Assembly: GCA_000004985.1 (NCBI GenBank)
Contig: GG738857.1
DNA: 64,000 bases
DNA from: Naegleria gruberi
Lineage: Eukaryota
Strand: one strand, 5' to 3'
In this document: positions 34,598-44,236 of the stretch, piece by piece
Layout of the letters: each line of letters opens with the position of its first letter
How positions within the stretch are numbered: position 1 is the stretch's first letter
Notes under the pieces: model-generated
The model's input: only the letters and a program-made list of their open reading frames with translations
The model's database searches: none
What the model was told of the DNA's origin: nothing
Translations under genes and position numbers: made by a program

Positions 34598-35302
34598 ATG
34601 TCCCTTCTCGATCTTCCCAGAGAAATTTTCGTTCTCATCCATTCATATACCGATTTTCAAACTATTCTAAACCTCCGAACCATTTGTAAATATTTATCCC
34701 TCACTTCCAAATATTATCAATCAGAAGTTGTGGATTTTACAAAAGATTATTCTGATTATTATTCATTGGGCGAAACTATATTCGATTTTAAAGGAAAGGA
34801 AAATTTGAATAGTTACATTGAGCCGACAGTTTTGTTTCTCGGTGAAAATATTGGAAAAATTGAATCGGTTCAGGTTCAGATGGACGAATGTGGAGAACCA
34901 AGTTTCGGATTTATTGAAAATATATTCGAAAGTTGTTTACAGTCAATTTCAGAGCTGAAATTTGATTTGTGGTTTCCTAGAAAAAGTAGCAAAGCACAAG
35001 TCAACACAGAACATGGATTAGAATCAAGTCAGTCAAGATTCCTGTCAAAATTCATGAGATTGAGAGCACTGTCATTGATTTTAACACATACAAGTCATGA
35101 ATATTTTAATTTGATTTTAGATGAAATAGAAAGAGGAAATTTCAAAGAATTGAAGAAATTTGAATTGTGCATTCGATGTACAACTCTTTCAGATTCGAAT
35201 ATTCAACAACTGGAGAGAATAATCAATCGAATGAAGACATTGACGCATTTGACATTGGAAATATATCACACTCATGAGCAACAAGAGTTGGTGAATCAAT
35301 AA
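34598..35302 (+). CDS. F-box protein (234 aa)
   Basis: LLDLPREIFVLIHSYTDFQTILNLRTICKYL is an F-box motif. ATG at 34598, TAA stop. Confidence 0.5.
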   Translation: MSLLDLPREIFVLIHSYTDFQTILNLRTICKYLSLTSKYYQSEVVDFTKDYSDYYSLGETIFDFKGKENLNSYIEPTVLFLGENIGKIESVQVQMDECGEPSFGFIENIFESCLQSISELKFDLWFPRKSSKAQVNTEHGLESSQSRFLSKFMRLRALSLILTHTSHEYFNLILDEIERGNFKELKKFELCIRCTTLSDSNIQQLERIINRMKTLTHLTLEIYHTHEQQELVNQ

Positions 35303-35360
35303 AGAAATCAATGTCATATATTCCATTCCTTAAATTGAGTTTAAATTGAATAGTAATCTT

Positions 35361-36497
35361 ATGATGGATTGTTTGGAAAGTATTTCCCAAAATTCGAAGG
35401 ATTTATCTTTGATATTGGAAGATGGAAATCTCATGTCCGATCAATTGAAATTGGATCAATTGAGGAATTTGTCAAAGTTAGAGATTGATTACCTGCCTTC
35501 CTTTGTTACCGTGATGAATCCGCATCTAGTTGAGTTGCAAGTTGGAAGTCTTTTGAACAACAATTTCTTTAACAGAACATTGACCAATACGTTGCTTTTG
35601 AAAAGTACATTTTATAATTTGAAAAGATTGGAACTAACCAACGTTGGAAATATGTCAGAAGCTCCTACCTATGTATTTCCCTCTTTAGAATATGTCTATT
35701 GTTTGGATTGTGATTTTGGTAGTGGAATTGATTTCTTTTCGAATAGTACAAAATTGAAGAGTTTAATTTTGATATGGTGTAAATTTAAGATTCTATCAAA
35801 AACTAAATTTCAATGTCAAGGATTGGAAGAATTGAATATTTCCACAACTAGTCCACACAAATTCTTCGATGTTTCCACATTGAAAGGACTACAACTAAGG
35901 AAACTAAATATTTATCCTGTAGGTATCACTGGCGTTAGTCCAGTAACAACAGCTGATCTTTCAGCAATCGAAGAAATGACGAGTTTGGAACATTTAACAT
36001 TTGGAGAATATATTGAGAAATTTTCATTTGCCAAATTGACCAATTTGAAATACCTACAGTTTCGTAAAAGTTTTGCATTTGTAGGAATTCTATCATTAAG
36101 CTCATATGAACACTTACTTCATAATTGTGTCATTTACTTTGACGTTGCAGCATCTGATGTTCCTGTACCTGCTTTTTCAGAAAATGGAAGAGTTATTGTT
36201 AATTCATCCACTTGTCGATTAATTGCTTCCAAATTGAAAGAGCTCAATATTAGTGTGAATGGTGTGAAATTTGTAATAATGACACCAACGTACATTTACG
36301 TTACTTTCAATATGCAATCAAGGAAACAATCTCATTATTCCTATCCTAGTTTTATTCTATTCGAAAGCAAACAACCACACACAATTGTAGCCAGCGGAAG
36401 AAGTTTGGAAAAGAAGATGGAAGTACCAAAAATCACCATTGATTATTTAATGAATTTAAAGTTTGAAACTAATGAAAAAAAATGTGAAATTCAATAA
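35361..36497 (+). CDS. LRR-like protein, paralog of 33479-34531
   Basis: The track ORF starts on TTG at 35346; the first ATG is 35361 (MMDCLESISQ...). Conserved blocks LELTNVGN...FPSLEYVYCLDCDFGSGIDFFSNSTKLKSLILIWCKF and C-terminal KKCEIQ*. Confidence 0.5.
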   Translation: MMDCLESISQNSKDLSLILEDGNLMSDQLKLDQLRNLSKLEIDYLPSFVTVMNPHLVELQVGSLLNNNFFNRTLTNTLLLKSTFYNLKRLELTNVGNMSEAPTYVFPSLEYVYCLDCDFGSGIDFFSNSTKLKSLILIWCKFKILSKTKFQCQGLEELNISTTSPHKFFDVSTLKGLQLRKLNIYPVGITGVSPVTTADLSAIEEMTSLEHLTFGEYIEKFSFAKLTNLKYLQFRKSFAFVGILSLSSYEHLLHNCVIYFDVAASDVPVPAFSENGRVIVNSSTCRLIASKLKELNISVNGVKFVIMTPTYIYVTFNMQSRKQSHYSYPSFILFESKQPHTIVASGRSLEKKMEVPKITIDYLMNLKFETNEKKCEIQ

Positions 36498-36510
36498 ATT
36501 ACAATGAATA

Positions 36511-38343
36511 TTAATTTTGGAATGGTTGTGGAACAAATCCTGGTTGTTGAGTTTGTACTGGTTGTAAAGTAGAAACTGGAATTGCTTGGAGATAACCACC
36601 TCTACCTCTTCCACCCCTAATAGATAAGCCACCTCTGCCACCCCTAATAGGTAATCCACCTCTTCCACCCCTAATAGGTAATCCACTACCTCTACCACTG
36701 TAAGAATAAGTGCTACAGGTTATTCCTCTTGGCATTGTTCCTTTCGGTTGTTTTGTCCTTTCTGTGTTGGGATCTTTAAATTTTCCATTCTTTCTAGATC
36801 GTGGTCGTGCTTCCTCCAACAAATCATCAACATGTTGTTCATTAAATTCGAATTGAGGAAACTCTGCCCTTACAGAATCAATAATCTTTGCTTTGAACAT
36901 TAGCAAGGCATTGGTGAAAGACTTTCTTGGACCATCACTAAGGAACATGTGAAAAATCTCCTCCTCTGTTAAGGTTGAGTTTGGAAATTTCCACATGTGA
37001 AATTCTTTCCACTTTTGAATCATGAATACTGTAAAATTGGTAAAGATCTCGAGATTTGGTTTGCTCAAATCCAATGCACGTCTCTTCATAATTCTTCCTA
37101 GAACATGTTGATACAAGCTCATAAAATCATTTGTTCTTGGTGTCATTAATTTTGGGTTATTTTTGGTCTGTTTCAGTAATCTGAATTCTCCATGAGCGTA
37201 ATTTCTTTCAAACAGATGGAAGAATAAATTCTTTTCGTCCATTTTGGTTGCCAATCGTATCATTTCTTCCAAAGGTTTGCAGTCAATTTGCAAAGATTTT
37301 TCACTATGCTTAGGGGAGGTCTCGTTGAGTAAATAAAACTTTGTCCATTTGAAAACTTGTTCTGTAAAATCAAGATGAAGACGTTTTTCCATTTGTTTTT
37401 CAAACATTAGTTTCCAGTTTCTAACTTTAGATTTGGAGAGTCTCAATCTGTTGGAATCAAATAATAGAGAGTTCAATTTCATATCTAAACTCTCGAAAAA
37501 TTCAAACTCTTCATCTCCAAATGAAACTACTGGAATTCCTACCTTCTTTACATTAAGCAATGTTTCGTATAATCTCTCAACATTTCTGTGTTGCTTAATG
37601 TAGGAATGCATTGAGGTAGTGTCACCAAATTCCTCCTTTGAAGATAACCAGTGAGGGAAATACTTATTAAGGTCTCTAATAGAATTCTCCAATCTAAAGA
37701 AAACTTTTGATGCAGTAAATTCTGACTTGGGGTTTCGAATTTGTTTCTTCATTTCGCTTTTTTTAGCATAATAGTAAAAATAAACTTGCTCCTTATATTG
37801 TAATTGATTCCATTTCGTTTTCAATTCCTTACTTGTAGATACCAAATCATTCTTCCTATTAACAAACTTTTCCTTTCCATTCGCGTAATTCGAAAACCTT
37901 TCAATTTCATTTCGAATAGCCAAGAAGGTCAACAATTCATAATAAGGACTCGATCTCACCTTCTCCACTTCCATCTCTTTCAAACTAGAAACACCCAACA
38001 TTTTACAACTAATCTCTGAACTGATCAACAATAATTTCTTCACCACTCGATCATTCAAATCCAAAAACAAACAAATGTGAAAATAAATTTCCCAAGGCAA
38101 ATGCGCAAAATCTTCATCATGATCTCCTCGTTTCATAGGAATACTTGTATTTCGTCTGCTCCTGTGTGTAGTTTCAACATTATTCGAATCTTGAAGACCA
38201 AAGAGAATGAAATCCTTCTCTTTCCATTGATTCTTTCTAATATTCTTTCTTTTTTGCTTGTTTTTAATGCCCTGTTCTGAAAGACCAACAAGCCTTCGTT
38301 TAACACCTTTGGGGAGTGAATGGGGAAGGAAGTTTTGAGACAT
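36511..38343 (-). CDS. F-box-like protein with C-terminal RGG/RG repeat tail (610 aa)
   Basis: LPWEIYFHICLFLDLNDRVVKKLLLISSEI is F-box-like. C-terminus GRGSGLPIRGGRGGLPIRGGRGGLSIRGGRGRGG. ATG at 38343, TAA stop. Confidence 0.55.
   Translation of the reverse strand: MSQNFLPHSLPKGVKRRLVGLSEQGIKNKQKRKNIRKNQWKEKDFILFGLQDSNNVETTHRSRRNTSIPMKRGDHDEDFAHLPWEIYFHICLFLDLNDRVVKKLLLISSEISCKMLGVSSLKEMEVEKVRSSPYYELLTFLAIRNEIERFSNYANGKEKFVNRKNDLVSTSKELKTKWNQLQYKEQVYFYYYAKKSEMKKQIRNPKSEFTASKVFFRLENSIRDLNKYFPHWLSSKEEFGDTTSMHSYIKQHRNVERLYETLLNVKKVGIPVVSFGDEEFEFFESLDMKLNSLLFDSNRLRLSKSKVRNWKLMFEKQMEKRLHLDFTEQVFKWTKFYLLNETSPKHSEKSLQIDCKPLEEMIRLATKMDEKNLFFHLFERNYAHGEFRLLKQTKNNPKLMTPRTNDFMSLYQHVLGRIMKRRALDLSKPNLEIFTNFTVFMIQKWKEFHMWKFPNSTLTEEEIFHMFLSDGPRKSFTNALLMFKAKIIDSVRAEFPQFEFNEQHVDDLLEEARPRSRKNGKFKDPNTERTKQPKGTMPRGITCSTYSYSGRGSGLPIRGGRGGLPIRGGRGGLSIRGGRGRGGYLQAIPVSTLQPVQTQQPGFVPQPFQN
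36596..36700. repeat. Tandem 27-bp coding repeat (about 3.5 units) encoding LPIRGGRGG
   Basis: Direct tandem copies cctaatag(g/a)taa(t/g)ccacctct(t/g)ccacc are visible in the sequence. The antisense track ORF 36456-36698 is an artefact of this repeat. Confidence 0.7.
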
Positions 38344-38508
38344 TTTTTTTTCTAGTATTTACGGTCAAATATTTCGGAACTACTTCCGTAAGAAATCATC
38401 TCAAAGGAAGGACAATGATTGAAGTTCTGTTCGTGTTCCGCTTTACAACAAGGAGTATCTCAAAATATATTGTTAAGGTGGTGGGTGTGTGTATTAATAA
38501 TAGTTAGT

Positions 38509-38940
38509 TTACAATTTATTCTTGTCGGCAGTTGCTGCAAGAATGTAAATTCTACAATTTGCATTTCTTTGTCTATTCTCTTTCAAAATATCAAAGTATG
38601 TACTGTTTCTACTTTGTAACAAGTTAATATTATTCACAATGATGGTATTAAAGTGATTAATTTTGGCTTGTCCTGGATAATCACCTAAAACATCATTAAA
38701 AGCATCCCAATTATTTCCAAAATAATCCACAAATTGTAAAGTTTCATTAAAAGTTGTGAATAATGCTTGAGCCGAGTCCAGTTTATCTCCTCTCACATTG
38801 ATAATGGCCACATTTTGATTGGTATTCAATTTGTCCTTGCAACCTTGTTCGATTTGAGCAAGTTTACTTCTCTCTAAAAAGATAATTTCATCTTGTTGGT
38901 TATTCAAGATATCTTGAATCAATGTATTAAAATCTGACAT
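38509..38940 (-). CDS. Barstar-like (barnase-inhibitor fold) protein, 143 aa
   Basis: Core aligns with the barstar family signature: AIINVRGDKLDSAQALFTTFNETLQFVDYFGNNWDAFNDVL vs barstar [39 protein letters not shown]; C-terminal RIYILAA vs ITIILS. ATG at 38940, TAA stop. Confidence 0.55.
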   Translation of the reverse strand: MSDFNTLIQDILNNQQDEIIFLERSKLAQIEQGCKDKLNTNQNVAIINVRGDKLDSAQALFTTFNETLQFVDYFGNNWDAFNDVLGDYPGQAKINHFNTIIVNNINLLQSRNSTYFDILKENRQRNANCRIYILAATADKNKL

Positions 38941-39112
38941 TTTTTTCTATTGTTTTTGACCTCACCAAAGCTATGCTTTTAATCATGCTTTTAATTAGCA
39001 AGCGGAGTCATGATTTTATAAAAATAGCAAGTAACCTTCTAAATTTTCGATTATCCTTATTCATATTGGTGACTTGATTTTCTTTGAATTATTGTAATAA
39101 TGAAGAATCAAA

Positions 39113-39493
39113 TTATTGTAAAATCATTTTCAATTCTTGTCTTCTCTCCTCAAATCTCTGCACAATTTCCAAATAATCATTCATAACACAATTCTGACAT
39201 CCATTTCCACAGCACACTATTGTATAACTCTCCATATCTGGATATAATTTTTCCAAATCTTTAATATTATCCACTCGATTAATCTTTTCCAAAACTTGAT
39301 CCTTTTGCTCAAAGGTAAAACTCTTCAGCGATTGATGAAATGATGATTTGGTCAAAGTAGTCCACCCAAAACTAATACTATTATTCGGATTAGAATTACT
39401 ATTTATCAGCAACATCTTCTTTATATTGTTGCTCTTTGGAAAATTAATTCTTCCTCTTCCGAATGAAAAAAGACTTCCTAGATGATGAAACAT
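39113..39493 (-). CDS. Oxidoreductase-like domain protein (OXLD1-like, CCxxGCxxCV motif), probably mitochondrial
   Basis: CCGNGCQNCVMNDY matches the oxidoreductase-like N-terminal domain motif. The basic N-terminus MFHHLGSLFSFGRGR looks like a presequence. Confidence 0.5.
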   Translation of the reverse strand: MFHHLGSLFSFGRGRINFPKSNNIKKMLLINSNSNPNNSISFGWTTLTKSSFHQSLKSFTFEQKDQVLEKINRVDNIKDLEKLYPDMESYTIVCCGNGCQNCVMNDYLEIVQRFEERRQELKMILQ

Positions 39494-39681
39494 TTTTTAT
39501 ATTTCAAAATTCAATCAAAATTAATCATTGCTTATTTAAATATTAAAACATTGATATCCAAGACATGCTGATGTTATCTTCTTTCAACATTCTAATTTCA
39601 ATTCTAGTTGATACCATACCAATTAGATGATGTTGATGAACATTATCTTTCAAAAGTTTTAACAGAAAAAATTGAGAGAAC

Positions 39682-41145
39682 ATGAAGCGGAGGTTATTGA
39701 GCATGATTCCTCAGCATCAGAGAGTGGTGGGATTGCTTGTGCTGATCGTGATGATGATGATAATAACATTAAATATTGTCGAGTCCGCATCAAACTCTAG
39801 AAATATTAAACTTGTTGATCAAAAAGGCTATATAGATAGCGATTGTACAAATTGTATAAAAAGTAATAAGGGTATGAAATCTTGATCAATTAATTGGATA
39901 TTCATTATAATTATATTATTAATTAATTAATTAATTAATTAATTGGAAATTTATTTCATTGTATTTGGAAAATATAGTTTGGTGTGCTTTGGAACATGTA
40001 TGCACCAATACTATCGCGGAATGCCAATCAAGACAGCCATTCAATGCTACATGGTTTGTTTCTCCATCTGTGAAGGATGGTTCATTAGAAAGTGTGGAAG
40101 CAATACCTCTTCATTGTCAGACAGGTATTATAACATCATTGGATCAATGTCCAAGTTTTAGATGTAAGTAATATTCCTCTAATACTATTGGAACTGATTA
40201 ACAAATATATTTACTATTGAATATTAAATATTATTAAATATTAATATGATGTAAATATTTTGGATTGAAATGTAAATAGTTGATGTTATACGTTCTTCGG
40301 AAAGTATTCTGAGAAACTTTGTGGTACCAATGACACAACAACCAATTCTTAGTTTACTATCAAAGAATTTGGAGCCATTCGAGTATCAATATGATCAAAC
40401 TAATGGAGAGAATAGGAATTTTGCTGTTGGAGCTTATTATGTATCGACACTTTCTTCATTAAAGGAAGGAAAACCAAAAGTCTCAGATAGACCTGGGCTC
40501 TACTTTTCATACAATTTTCACACAGATCATGTTTCACCAATTATTTATCAACCTGCTGTGAGTGTACAAGATTACAGACTTGTAAAGTTTGCTGATCTTT
40601 CTGTTGCAGTTCAACAACCTAATAATTATTATAGATTGGGATATTCTATCATTAGAAGAGTGGACATTGCTAATTCTTCATTCTCCTATCAATGTTCGTT
40701 CAATTCTACTAACTATGATGTTTGGATTGATCCGGATTACAAATTTACATACACTGGATTCCATGTTGTTGCTGGTATTCCATTGTTGGTTATTTCTGTT
40801 ACCTTACTCTCGGTTCTTTCCTTATGTTGTGTCAACAAGTTTGCCATCACCAAACACAACAGATCTCTCTTATTGAAGGATGAAGAGGAAGAACAATACT
40901 TTGATGAAATTCACACAGAAATGTGCATGACCTCAAAGGAAAAGGAAGGTTTCAAACAAAAAAAGAAGGATTATCAAGATTTTATCATTTACAAACACAG
41001 AAGAAACTTCTTTGGGGAGACACTATTCAAAAAACCAATACCTAACTCTGAAACTAATTCATTTGATCAAGCTGATGATGAGGAAAAGTTTACTGATCTC
41101 AAGAGCAAATTGAAGCATGTTTCAAGATTTTATAATCCATTTTAG
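39682..41145 (+). CDS. Type I membrane protein with signal peptide and Cys-rich ectodomain; join(39682..39871,39978..40163,40280..41145). May be the N-terminal part of the downstream OSCA-like gene
   Basis: Signal peptide MKRRLLSMIPQHQRVVGLLVLIVMMMIITLNIVESA. Two phase-consistent introns: 39872-39977 (GTATGA...ATATAG, contains the (TTAA)n run) and 40164-40279 (GTAAGT...AAATAG). TM helix VVAGIPLLVISVTLLSVLSLCCV, acidic cytoplasmic tail, TAG stop at 41143-41145. Confidence 0.5.
39917..39944. repeat. (TTAA)n / (AATT)n microsatellite, about 7 units, inside intron 1 of the 39682 gene
   Basis: attaattaattaattaattaattaatt, seen directly. Confidence 0.8.
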
Positions 41146-41214
41146 AATTTTACCATCTCTCTTCTTTTTGATACTCAATTGGTTAATCAATGTGGTACAG
41201 ATGTATACTATTAT

Positions 41215-43313
41215 ATGTGGTTCAGCAAGTATTTGATTGTTTATGTGGTTGTTTGTGGATTGGTTGCTTGTGGCTCTCTTTTGCCAACCTATTTGACCAC
41301 CACTGATTACAATGTCTCATTTGGTGACTTTTCTTCAACTAGTATTGCCAACATGAGTATCAAGACCAATGATAAGATTTACGTCTTTTTCCTTGTTACT
41401 ATTGCATTCCCAATCCTTGGTCTTGTCTTTATTTATGGTTTGAATAGATTGTCTAGACAGTTAATCAAGTCAAGAACCAACATTGGTTCCTTGTACACTG
41501 TCATGGTTAATGGAATTTCAAGAAGTGTAAGAGATAGGAAGAAATTATTGGAGGACTTTAAGCAAAGATATGGAGATTGTGTTGTTGATGCCCATTTAGC
41601 TCTTGATCTCAATAATTTGAGTGAATTGGATGAAAAGAGAGAGGATTTGGAGAGGATGTTGAGAGGAGCTGAACGTGAATATGAAAAGAGTGGCCGTAGA
41701 CCACAAATCAAAGTTAAGGGTCTGATGGGATTTTTCGGAAAGAAGGTTGATGCTATTGAAGAATACAGCAAGGCCTTGGAAAGTGTCAATAAGGAGATTA
41801 ACATTCTCAGACTCAATCCAAACAAGACTATTCACGGTACCGGATATGGATTTGTGACCTTCTCAACAATGGATGACGCACAAAGATGTCTCAATGAACA
41901 CAAGGATATCAATTGTTGTTGTGGTATTTCTATTCCTTGGTGGTTATGCTCTCCAAGTGGATGGGGATACGGAGGTATTGAAAGAGCTCCAGAACCAGAT
42001 GATGTTCTCTTTGAAAATTTGAGTATTGGATCAACCAATCGTTGGGTTAGATCATTGATCTCATCTGCTGTTATTACATCCTTCTTGCTTTTGATCTATG
42101 CCATCTCAACAACAGTTTCCTGGTACTATTGGTATAAGGGTCAAAACTATAGCTCTGTAAAAGATTACTTTATAGATACTGATGCTTCCGTTATTGGAGT
42201 TGATACTTTGGCCTTAGTTTTGATGGTTCTGGCCGAGTTGTTGCCTGAAGCCGTCTCACTCACCAATGAAATTGTTAAACCAGTCATTGAAGTTTTGAGT
42301 GACTATGAAAAGCATCCATCAAGAACATCCAGAAGAAAAACCATCCTCAGAAAGACAATTTTCTTTATTACCTTGTCTATTATGATCTTCCCATTCTTTA
42401 TCAGATGGATTAAGGCTGTGTGGGGTGTTAGTATGAATGCAGATTTTCCATTCAACAATTATGCCTATTTTTTCAACTTTATTGGCACTGAAGTGGCTAC
42501 ACTTATTATGGCTTTGTGTACAATTGCCAAATCTTTGGAATATACATTCATGTTTATCATTATAATGGTCAAGTATAGATTCAGTGACAATGGTAATGGA
42601 AATAGGGAATTAGAAAGACTTCCTTTCGATTATGAAGCCAACATTGGAGTCAAGATTGCAATTCTCATGCTAACCCTTCTTTACGGAAGTGCTGTCCCAT
42701 GCATGTTTGCATTCTCCTTAATTTACTATGTGGTTACTTATTATTTGGACAAGTATTTGATTTTATACTTTTTCGAGAAGGCCCCAGACAGTGATGGTAC
42801 TCTAATGAGAACTACTTCAGACACATTGGCTTACTATCTTTCCATCTATCCAATTTTGGTTATTTTCATGATTCCTTCATTGGCTAGCTTATGGTCAACT
42901 TGGCTTATTTACTTGCCAACTATTTTTGTTTTCTACATGGTTGTTCGTATTGTTAGAAATAGAATGTCAAGATCAGAGATGGACATGTTGGTAGTTTCCT
43001 TGAGTAGTATGCCTCATGATGATATTGAAAAACAAGAGGAAGTGGATATTAATGCAGGAGATAGTTTGGAAATGGAGGTTACCGATTCAGCTAGTCCATC
43101 TTCACCAATTTCCATTCCTCAAAGAATTCCAGTCAAGAATGGCATTGCCACATCCTCTATTAGGTCCTTGATGAGCTTTGTTGCTGGTGAGGAACAAGTA
43201 GTTTCCATCTATGATAAGGAAGTTGAGAAACGTCTTGATGTCGATCAAAGAGTATTGGCCTCTCGTTACAGACATCCATACTTGAAAAAGGATAAGAGAA
43301 GAGCTGCATCAGC
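41215..43313 (+). CDS. OSCA/TMEM63/CSC1-like stress-gated cation channel, 3' end lost in gap (partial)
   Basis: TM pair followed by the cytosolic RRM-like domain (TVMVNGISRSVRDRKKLLEDFKQRYG..., NPNKTIHGTGYGFVTFSTMDDAQRCL) and multiple C-terminal TM helices typical of the family. The track start at 41179 is TTG; the first in-frame ATG is 41215. The frame runs into the N-run at 43314. Confidence 0.7.
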
Positions 43314-44236
43314 NNNNNNNNNNNNNNNNNNNNNNNNNNNNNNNNNNNNNNNNNNNNNNNNNNNNNNNNNNNNNNNNNNNNNNNNNNNNNNNNNNNNNNN
43401 NNNNNNNNNNNNNNNNNNNNNNNNNNNNNNNNNNNNNNNNNNNNNNNNNNNNNNNNNNNNNNNNNNNNNNNNNNNNNNNNNNNNNNNNNNNNNNNNNNNN
43501 NNNNNNNNNNNNNNNNNNNNNNNNNNNNNNNNNNNNNNNNNNNNNNNNNNNNNNNNNNNNNNNNNNNNNNNNNNNNNNNNNNNNNNNNNNNNNNNNNNNN
43601 NNNNNNNNNNNNNNNNNNNNNNNNNNNNNNNNNNNNNNNNNNNNNNNNNNNNNNNNNNNNNNNNNNNNNNNNNNNNNNNNNNNNNNNNNNNNNNNNNNNN
43701 NNNNNNNNNNNNNNNNNNNNNNNNNNNNNNNNNNNNNNNNNNNNNNNNNNNNNNNNNNNNNNNNNNNNNNNNNNNNNNNNNNNNNNNNNNNNNNNNNNNN
43801 NNNNNNNNNNNNNNNNNNNNNNNNNNNNNNNNNNNNNNNNNNNNNNNNNNNNNNNNNNNNNNNNNNNNNNNNNNNNNNNNNNNNNNNNNNNNNNNNNNNN
43901 NNNNNNNNNNNNNNNNNNNNNNNNNNNNNNNNNNNNNNNNNNNNNNNNNNNNNNNNNNNNNNNNNNNNNNNNNNNNNNNNNNNNNNNNNNNNNNNNNNNN
44001 NNNNNNNNNNNNNNNNNNNNNNNNNNNNNNNNNNNNNNNNNNNNNNNNNNNNNNNNNNNNNNNNNNNNNNNNNNNNNNNNNNNNNNNNNNNNNNNNNNNN
44101 NNNNNNNNNNNNNNNNNNNNNNNNNNNNNNNNNNNNNNNNNNNNNNNNNNNNNNNNNNNNNNNNNNNNNNNNNNNNNNNNNNNNNNNNNNNNNNNNNNNN
44201 NNNNNNNNNNNNNNNNNNNNNNNNNNNNNNNNNNNN
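43314..44236. other. Assembly gap (923 N)
   Basis: Run of N. The track ORF 43309-44256 and the X-stretches are gap artefacts. Confidence 0.99.

Noticed and set aside
35303-35360. Splicing of the F-box ORF (34598-35302) onto the downstream LRR ORF to make one F-box-LRR gene
   Set aside because: No donor/acceptor pair gives a phase-consistent junction. The F-box ORF ends in TAA and the candidate acceptor (attgaatag at 35352-35353) would need a phase-2 donor that is absent. I kept them as separate genes but flagged the modular arrangement.
36456-36698. Antisense ORF MVEVVDYLLGVEEVDYLLG... overlapping the RGG repeat
   Set aside because: It is the reverse-complement reading of the 27-bp tandem repeat inside the F-box/RGG gene, a repeat-generated spurious ORF.
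41143-41145. Possibility that TAG is a sense codon (non-standard genetic code), prompted by two same-frame ORFs separated only by TAG and the rarity of TAG stops
   Set aside because: The 1261-, 1004-, 915- and 817-codon ORFs contain no in-frame TAG, which is implausible if TAG were a sense codon. TAA/TGA/TAG are all used as terminators (TAG at 62831). The TAA bias is simply what an AT-rich genome predicts.
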